Part shown: piece by piece, positions 19,858-25,424 of the stretch
Layout: each line of letters starts with the position of its first letter
Numbering within the stretch: the first letter of the stretch is position 1
NCBI GenBank assembly: GCA_003009755.1
Contig: PXUB01000005.1
Location: 1-25,424 of the forward strand
Source of the DNA: Thermoplasmatales archaeon SW_10_69_26
GTDB taxonomy: Archaea; Thermoplasmatota; SW-10-69-26
Reading direction: 5' to 3'
DNA: 25,424 bases
Made by a program: the position numbers and the translations under genes
The notes under the pieces: model-generated
What the model was told of the DNA's origin: nothing
Databases searched by the model: none
What the model saw: only the letters and a program-made list of their open reading frames with translations

Positions 19858-20568
19858 TCACATCGTGGGCCGGTCGATCTTCTGCGCCGTGCCTACCATG
19901 CGCACCGGCTCGCCCTCCGGCCCGGTGACGATCTCGGCCCGGCAGTGCACGCGCCGCACCTCATCGTCGGGCGTCACGATCCGGTGCTCGAACGTGAACG
20001 CGCGCCCGCTTTCGCGGCCCTGCTGGATGAGGTCCTTCACCTCCGCCACGTCGTCGGGGTGCAGGCACTCCAGGTAGCCCTCGAACGTGCCCTCGAAGGT
20101 CTCGGGGTCCCGCCCGAACACCTCGAACAGCCCGTCGGACCACTCGACCTCGTCCTCGCGCAGATCCCACTGCCAGCTGCCGATGCCGGCGATCTCCTGC
20201 GCCTCCTGGAGCACTTGCTTCTGCTTGCGCTGGGTCGCCACGCGCTCGCTGTACGAGGTCACGTCGTTCAGCACGAACAGGGTCGCGTCCTGCTCGGCGA
20301 CCGGGAGGGCCGTCACGTCGAGCACGAGTTCGTCCTCGGTTTCGATCGAGATCTCGTCCTCGGTCTCGGTGCCGGTGTCCAGGGCCGAGCGCCCCAGCTC
20401 CACCAGCGGGGCCAGCGGATCCGGGCCGTCCCCCGGCGAAAGGGCCTCGCCCAACAGCTCCCGAGCGTCGTCGGTGACGCGGATGCGTTCCCCCTGTCGG
20501 CCCAGGACGAGGACCGGCGCCGGGATCGCATCCAGCGAATCCATCGGAACCGCGTCCTCCGCAGCCAT
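19858..20568 (-). CDS. Stand-alone PAS + PAS/PAC sensor protein without output domain
   Basis: LDAIPAPVLVL, LFVLNDVT, AQEIAGIGSWQWD...WSDGLFEVFG, LHPDD and FEHRIVTPDDEVRRVHCRAE...RMVGTAQ. Confidence 0.82.
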   Translation of the reverse strand: MAAEDAVPMDSLDAIPAPVLVLGRQGERIRVTDDARELLGEALSPGDGPDPLAPLVELGRSALDTGTETEDEISIETEDELVLDVTALPVAEQDATLFVLNDVTSYSERVATQRKQKQVLQEAQEIAGIGSWQWDLREDEVEWSDGLFEVFGRDPETFEGTFEGYLECLHPDDVAEVKDLIQQGRESGRAFTFEHRIVTPDDEVRRVHCRAEIVTGPEGEPVRMVGTAQKIDRPTM

Positions 20569-20654
20569 CACTGGCCGTCCGGTGCAGCGCCCTACGAAAG
20601 GCCTGTCCATGTTCACGATGACACGAACCCCCGAACGGGAGCTCGTCCACCGGC

Positions 20655-21320
20655 TTAGGCATCCCGATCCGAGCCGGTCTCGATCGGGTCCAGCTGGATC
20701 TCCAGGTCGTCGACGAAGTAGGTGACCTCGGTCTCCCAGACCACGCTGATCCCGAGGGCGGCCCACATCGTCCCGTTGTGGTCGGCGGGGATCTGCCACT
20801 CGAACCCGTACGAGCGCCAGCCCTCCTGCTTGTCGAGCTCCTCCCGCAGCCCGCCGCGGGTGGCATCGGGGTCGCCGGTCGTGCTCTCGCCGGGCGCGGG
20901 GAAATCCTCCTCGGCCAGCGGCCGCTGTGGGCCCAGGTACAGGACCAGGTGAGCCAGCGTGTTGGACGACGCCGACCCGCTCCAGGCCTCGGCGGTCACG
21001 TTCACCGCGTAGGCCTGGTCCTCCTCGACCGTCAGCGGGCGGACCAGCCAGATCGTCCCATCGTCTTGGCTGCCGTCGAGCGTGTAGTTCGCGCTGTAAT
21101 CGCCGCTTTGGGCGACGTCTCGGGAGCTCTCGATCGACCAGGAGACGTTCTCGCCCGGTCGGTTGGGGTCCTGGGGGATGTCGACGGCCTTGTCCCAGCT
21201 ATCGATGCCCGTCTCGAAGTCGTCGGTCACCGACCGTTCGCCGCTCGGATCCTGGGTGCACCCGGCGAGCGCGAGGGCGGGGACGAGCACGACGAGGGCG
21301 AGGGCACGGCGAGCCGTCAT
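20655..21320 (-). CDS. Hypothetical lipoprotein with probable beta-sandwich (carbohydrate-binding-like) fold
   Basis: Lipobox LALAGC, DDFETGIDSW start and YFVDDLEI end, as seen in galactose-binding-like jelly rolls. Confidence 0.7.
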   Translation of the reverse strand: MTARRALALVVLVPALALAGCTQDPSGERSVTDDFETGIDSWDKAVDIPQDPNRPGENVSWSIESSRDVAQSGDYSANYTLDGSQDDGTIWLVRPLTVEEDQAYAVNVTAEAWSGSASSNTLAHLVLYLGPQRPLAEEDFPAPGESTTGDPDATRGGLREELDKQEGWRSYGFEWQIPADHNGTMWAALGISVVWETEVTYFVDDLEIQLDPIETGSDRDA

Positions 21321-21456
21321 CGTCGACCAACAGGACCTCCCGCTCTTGGCTGTTCTCCTCCCCGGTTCCCGCCTGGACGACCGGAGGAGGTCTGAGACGG
21401 TCTAACACGGACGAAGGACGCTCTTGGCGCGCGAACCAGTCAGCGAGCCCCATGCC

Positions 21457-21466
21457 TTTTTCTATA
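21457..21466 (+). promoter_or_regulatory. Probable TATA-like box for the DUF429-like gene
   Basis: TTTTTCTATA about 30 nt upstream of the ATG at 21497. Confidence 0.5.
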
Positions 21467-21496
21467 GAGGTGTCCTTTTCGGGCCCCCTGTCTACG

Positions 21497-22351
21497 ATGT
21501 CCGACTCCGACGGCTCGGCCACCTCGTCGCCGCCCTCCGAGCTCCCCACCGAGGTTCACGGGATCGACTTCAGCGGAGGACGCAGCGGCGGGAAGCGAAG
21601 CTGGGTCTCCTCCGGCTTGCTCGAGGAGGGTTCGCTCAAGATCGACGACTGTCGGACGGCATCCGAGCTCGCCGGGTCCGGGACGGGGAGGGACACGTTC
21701 CTCGAAGCCCTGGTCGAGTGGATCAAGGACCAGGGGTTCTGCGGGATCGGGATGGACTTCCCGTTCTCGATTCCCGCCGACCTGGTCGAGGAGGACAGCT
21801 GGGAGGAGTTCGTCCGCTCGTTCCCGAAGAAGTACGCCGGACCGGACGAGTTCCGGATGGCCTGCCAGCGCAAGGCCCCCGGCGAGGAGCGCAAGCGCGA
21901 GACGGACAAGGCCAAGGATACCCCCTTCTCGCCCTACAACCTCCGCATCTACAAGGAGACCTACCACGGCCTGGCGGACCTGCTGGCTCCGCTCGTCGAG
22001 GCCGAGACCGTCTCCGTGCTCCCGATCGAGGAGCCCGATCCCGACAAGGCCTGGGTGTTCGAGGTCAGCCCGCCGGCCACGATGAAGGCCGAAGGTCAAC
22101 GCCAACAGTACAAAGGCACCACCCAGGAGCACCGAGCCGCCCGCACGCGCATCATCAAGCAGATGCAGAACAGCGGCACGCTCACGATCCGCGCCCAAGG
22201 CGTGCTCTCCAGCGTGCTGCGCGACAGCGGCGGCGACGCGCTCGACAGCGTGCTCTCCGCCTACCAGGTCACCCAGGTCCTGCTCGAGCCCGAGCGCATC
22301 ATCCCCGACCAGCTCGACGGTCCCCGCGTCGAGGGCCACGTGTACGTCTGA
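21497..22351 (+). CDS. DUF429-like predicted nuclease (RNase H-like fold)
   Basis: VHGIDFSG, IGMDFPFSIP, RETD, VFEVSPPAT, GDALDSVLSA and terminal EGHVYV. Confidence 0.75.
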   Translation: MSDSDGSATSSPPSELPTEVHGIDFSGGRSGGKRSWVSSGLLEEGSLKIDDCRTASELAGSGTGRDTFLEALVEWIKDQGFCGIGMDFPFSIPADLVEEDSWEEFVRSFPKKYAGPDEFRMACQRKAPGEERKRETDKAKDTPFSPYNLRIYKETYHGLADLLAPLVEAETVSVLPIEEPDPDKAWVFEVSPPATMKAEGQRQQYKGTTQEHRAARTRIIKQMQNSGTLTIRAQGVLSSVLRDSGGDALDSVLSAYQVTQVLLEPERIIPDQLDGPRVEGHVYV

Positions 22352-22427
22352 GGCCCTCCCACGTCACCCTTCGATAGCGGCTCCGGAAAGCTGAACACCG
22401 GCCCGCGCTCCTCTATCCCACGGAGGG

Positions 22428-23846
22428 GTGACTACGCAACGGCTCGCGTCCGTGCTCGGCCTGACCGCGATCTCGATCGTCGCCGCCAGCGCCGGCTTCC
22501 TCGCCGCCTCGCTGCCGACGGCCTCGGCCCCCGAGCAGGCCGCGATCGAGCCCGGCCAAGCCCGCCTCGTCCCCGCTCCCACGACGCTCACCGTCACCGC
22601 GACCGGCGACGACCCCGGCCGCTTGATCGTGTTCGACGACCAGGCCCGCTTCCAACGCAGTCTCACCCTCGACCCCCCGACGGGCACCCAGACGATCGAG
22701 CTCGCCGACGAGGCCGCGATCGTGCTCGTCCCCCGAGCCAGCTCCCCGATCGCCGTCACCACGCCCTCGGCGCCGGACACCACGCTGGACCCGATCCCGA
22801 CCCACGAGACGCCGCGACCCCTCACCGACGAGCGGGCCGGCACCGTCGACCGCGAGCTCACGCTCGCCGTCCCCAACCGCCCGGCCAGCCTCGGACTCGT
22901 CGTCGACGGCGAAGCCGAAGGGCTGCACGTCAGCGTCCGGACCGCCGAGGGCCCGGTCCTTCAGCAGACGAACACCTCCACGCTCGGCGACGCGCCCGGC
23001 CAGTTCCGGTTGGATCCCAACAACCTCGCCAACGGCACCTACCGCGTGTCCGTGCACGCCGACCGCCTCGAGGGCTCGATCCACCTCCTCACCCGTACGC
23101 TGTCCGTCGAGGACCGCCGGGCCGGGCTGTCGGCGCCCGACGACCGCCTGGAGGCCATGGGGGAGCTGATCGCCGAGGTCCACCAAGGCCAAGCCTGGCG
23201 GCTGCCCACCGCCCAGACCGACGAGCTGACGCTCGCGCTCGAACGGGGCGCCCGCGCAGACGTGCGCCTGTACGGCCCCGACCATCGGGTCCACCGCGAG
23301 CTCGAGCTCGGCCAACGGGGCCCCGACTGGCGATGGAGCTCGAACGACAGCCAAGCCCCCACCTACCAGACCGCCACGCTGGCCACGCCCGAGGACGCCT
23401 ACACCGTCTACGCCGACGCGATCGACGCCGACGTCGACCGCGTGCTGTACGTGCTCGCCCCGAACGGGACCCAGCCCCATCCCGGGCACCCGGCCACCGT
23501 CGAGACCCGCAGCGTGGACGTTCCCCACGAGACCGCCGACGGCCAAGCCCCCCGAAAGACGATCGGCTACGCCGGCGGGCTGCTCGACGTCGCCGTCACC
23601 GACGGCGACGGGTCCGCCCTCGACCGACGGGTCACCGTCGAGGGACCCGCCGGCACCGTGCTCGAACGACGCGACCGAGCCAGTGCCGACGGCAGGCACG
23701 TGCTCACGACGCGCGCAGAACACGTCGAGCGCTTCGGGACCGCCCCCCTCGAGATCAGCGTCGACGCCGAGGCCGCCTCCGGCAGCGTGGAGCTGACGAT
23801 CCGCCACTATGCCCCCTGCACGGAGCCCGAGGCAGAGGTGTTCTAG
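22428..23846 (+). CDS. Hypothetical secreted/membrane-anchored beta-rich protein
   Basis: 472 aa with an N-terminal hydrophobic helix, beta-strand-rich repeats and genome-typical codon usage. Confidence 0.7.
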   Translation: MTTQRLASVLGLTAISIVAASAGFLAASLPTASAPEQAAIEPGQARLVPAPTTLTVTATGDDPGRLIVFDDQARFQRSLTLDPPTGTQTIELADEAAIVLVPRASSPIAVTTPSAPDTTLDPIPTHETPRPLTDERAGTVDRELTLAVPNRPASLGLVVDGEAEGLHVSVRTAEGPVLQQTNTSTLGDAPGQFRLDPNNLANGTYRVSVHADRLEGSIHLLTRTLSVEDRRAGLSAPDDRLEAMGELIAEVHQGQAWRLPTAQTDELTLALERGARADVRLYGPDHRVHRELELGQRGPDWRWSSNDSQAPTYQTATLATPEDAYTVYADAIDADVDRVLYVLAPNGTQPHPGHPATVETRSVDVPHETADGQAPRKTIGYAGGLLDVAVTDGDGSALDRRVTVEGPAGTVLERRDRASADGRHVLTTRAEHVERFGTAPLEISVDAEAASGSVELTIRHYAPCTEPEAEVF

Positions 23847-23913
23847 GTCTCGAACCGGCTGGTTGAGAGCTGTTCACGAAGACGTTTACAACCCCACCGA
23901 GTGAGCTTGTCCC

Positions 23914-24339
23914 ATGCCCGATGCGCCGACCTCGAAGATGGCCGACGAGCTCCGGTCGAAGGCTCACGAGCACCCGACCTTCGTGACGTTGGTCGACCAG
24001 CTCGACGAGTCCAACGGTGCCCCCGGTCAGGACGCGTCCGAGGGCCTCTACGTCGACACGCGATCCACGCCGGGGATCACCGTCAACGGCGAGTTGCGGG
24101 TCAGCGTGGCGCGCATCCACAGCGTCACCGAGGACGACGTCCGCCTCGTCGGTCAAGTGCAGGCCGTGCGCGTCGTCGACCATCCGCTGACGTCCTGGGA
24201 GCTGCGCTTCTACGTGCACGTCCCCCAGCACTTCCACACCAACGAGCTCGAGGACACCAACGAGTGGTTCCTCCGCGTGCAGGAGATCCACTACAACGAG
24301 GCCGAGGACAACCTCGAGCTCGCCGCCGTCGACGCCTGA
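23914..24339 (+). CDS. Hypothetical protein
   Basis: 141-aa acidic ORF with typical codon usage and TTTACAA about 25 nt upstream. Confidence 0.7.
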   Translation: MPDAPTSKMADELRSKAHEHPTFVTLVDQLDESNGAPGQDASEGLYVDTRSTPGITVNGELRVSVARIHSVTEDDVRLVGQVQAVRVVDHPLTSWELRFYVHVPQHFHTNELEDTNEWFLRVQEIHYNEAEDNLELAAVDA

Positions 24340-24379
24340 TCCCTCCGCCGACACCACCACACCACCCACCCACCGACCG

Positions 24380-24419
24380 GGCGGCGGCTCCCCGGCGGGG
24401 GCCGCCGCCAAACCTTTTC
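24380..24419 (+). terminator. GC-rich hairpin followed by AAACCTTTT
   Basis: GGCGGCGGCTCCCC / GGGGGCCGCCGCC inverted repeat downstream of the 23914-24339 gene. Confidence 0.4.
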
Positions 24420-24447
24420 ACCCTCAGGCCCCCCTGCGGGGCCCACG

Positions 24448-25424
24448 ATGACCACCGCGCTCGCGATCGCTGGCAGCGACTCCGGCGGCGGCGCCGGCAT
24501 CCAAGCCGACCTGAAAGCCATGGCCGCCGTCGGCGTCCACGGCGCCACCGCCATCACGAGCGTCACGAGCCAGAACACGCTCGGCGTCGACCGCGTCGAC
24601 CCGTTGCCCGTCGAGGGCGTGCTCGCGCAGATCGACGCCGTCGCCGGCGACCTCGACGTGCAGGCCGTCAAGACCGGCATGCTGCACACGCCCGCGGTCG
24701 TCGAGGCCGTCGCCGACCGCCTGGCCACCGAGGACGTGCCCGTCGTCGTCGACCCCGTCATGGTCGCCACCAGCGGCGACGCGCTCAGCGAGGGCGATCT
24801 GCCCCGCGCCCTGGCCAAGCTGGCCGCCGAAACAACGCTGCTCACCCCCAACATCGACGAGTGCGAGATGCTGCTCGACCGCGAGGTGAACACCCTGGCC
24901 GACGCGCGCGAGGCCGGGCAGGCCCTCCGCGAGGAGGGATGGGCCAACGTGCTCGTCAAAGGCGGACACCTCGCCACCGAGCAAGCCGTCGACCTGCTCG
25001 TCGGGGCCGACGGCGTGATCGAGCTCGCCTACCCGCGCGTCGACGGCACCCTCCACGGCGCCGGCTGCACCTACTCCAGCCTGATCGCCGGGCTCCTGGC
25101 TCGCGGCCACCAGCTCGAGCCGGCGGTCCAGGAAGCCCGCGCCCGCATGCATCGAGCCATCCAACACCGCTACGAGCCCGGCGAGGGCTCGGCCGTGCTC
25201 GACGCGCTCGAGCACCGCCAACCCGGCCCCGCCGAGGGCCAAGCCCTCTCGCAAGCCGCCTGGCGGATCGGGGCCCAGCTCGACGAGGCCCTCGTCCCGG
25301 AGGTCGGCATCAACCTCGCTCACGCGCCCGCCGACGCGGACGATCCCGCCGACGTGCTCGGCCTCAGCCGTCGCATCACGCCCGCGGCCGGTGGCCCCAG
25401 CCCGCCGGGCCCCGTCACCGAGGG
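24448..25424 (+). CDS. thiD: Bifunctional HMP/HMP-P kinase fused to ThiN thiamine-phosphate synthase (ThiDN), truncated by the window end
   Basis: Absent from the ORF track; read directly. MTTALAIAGSDSGGGAGIQADLK, VKTGML, VVDPVM, LTPN, VLVKGGH and HGAGCTYS, then LVPEVGINLAHA typical of ThiN. Confidence 0.93.
   Translation, partial: MTTALAIAGSDSGGGAGIQADLKAMAAVGVHGATAITSVTSQNTLGVDRVDPLPVEGVLAQIDAVAGDLDVQAVKTGMLHTPAVVEAVADRLATEDVPVVVDPVMVATSGDALSEGDLPRALAKLAAETTLLTPNIDECEMLLDREVNTLADAREAGQALREEGWANVLVKGGHLATEQAVDLLVGADGVIELAYPRVDGTLHGAGCTYSSLIAGLLARGHQLEPAVQEARARMHRAIQHRYEPGEGSAVLDALEHRQPGPAEGQALSQAAWRIGAQLDEALVPEVGINLAHAPADADDPADVLGLSRRITPAAGGPSPPGPVTE

Noticed and set aside
24340-24447. TPP riboswitch upstream of thiDN
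   Set aside because: The CUGAGA and AACCUGA core motifs are absent. Only a C/A-rich tract and a GC hairpin are present.

Overview
High-GC DNA encoding strongly acidic proteins, most consistent with a halophilic archaeon (an arlJ/flaJ remnant, a ThiDN fusion, Halobacteria-type PurE and NAD-dependent ligase, archaeal TATA-like boxes). The LVIVD/AGC-lipoprotein content could fit a non-Halobacteria halophile such as a Thermoplasmatota lineage, but that is inference only. Housekeeping and repair genes are a HesB/IscA Fe-S carrier, an FAD oxidoreductase, purE, a CBS protein, ligA, polX, cinA/pncC, a DUF429-like nuclease and thiDN. Between them lie secreted proteins and lipoproteins, two bactofilin-like genes, two toxin-antitoxin-like modules (a RYDxxHG-HxH + wHTH pair, and AbiEi-AbiEii with a broken toxin) and several gene remnants. 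The most unusual feature is a non-coding, modular palindromic repeat array at about 5240-5690. It has four 53-bp units with 11-bp terminal inverted repeats, each holding two octamers 16 bp apart, alternating with G-run/C-run hairpins plus T-tracts, and it ends exactly at the Fe-S carrier stop codon. All family calls come from motif recognition by eye; no database search was run.
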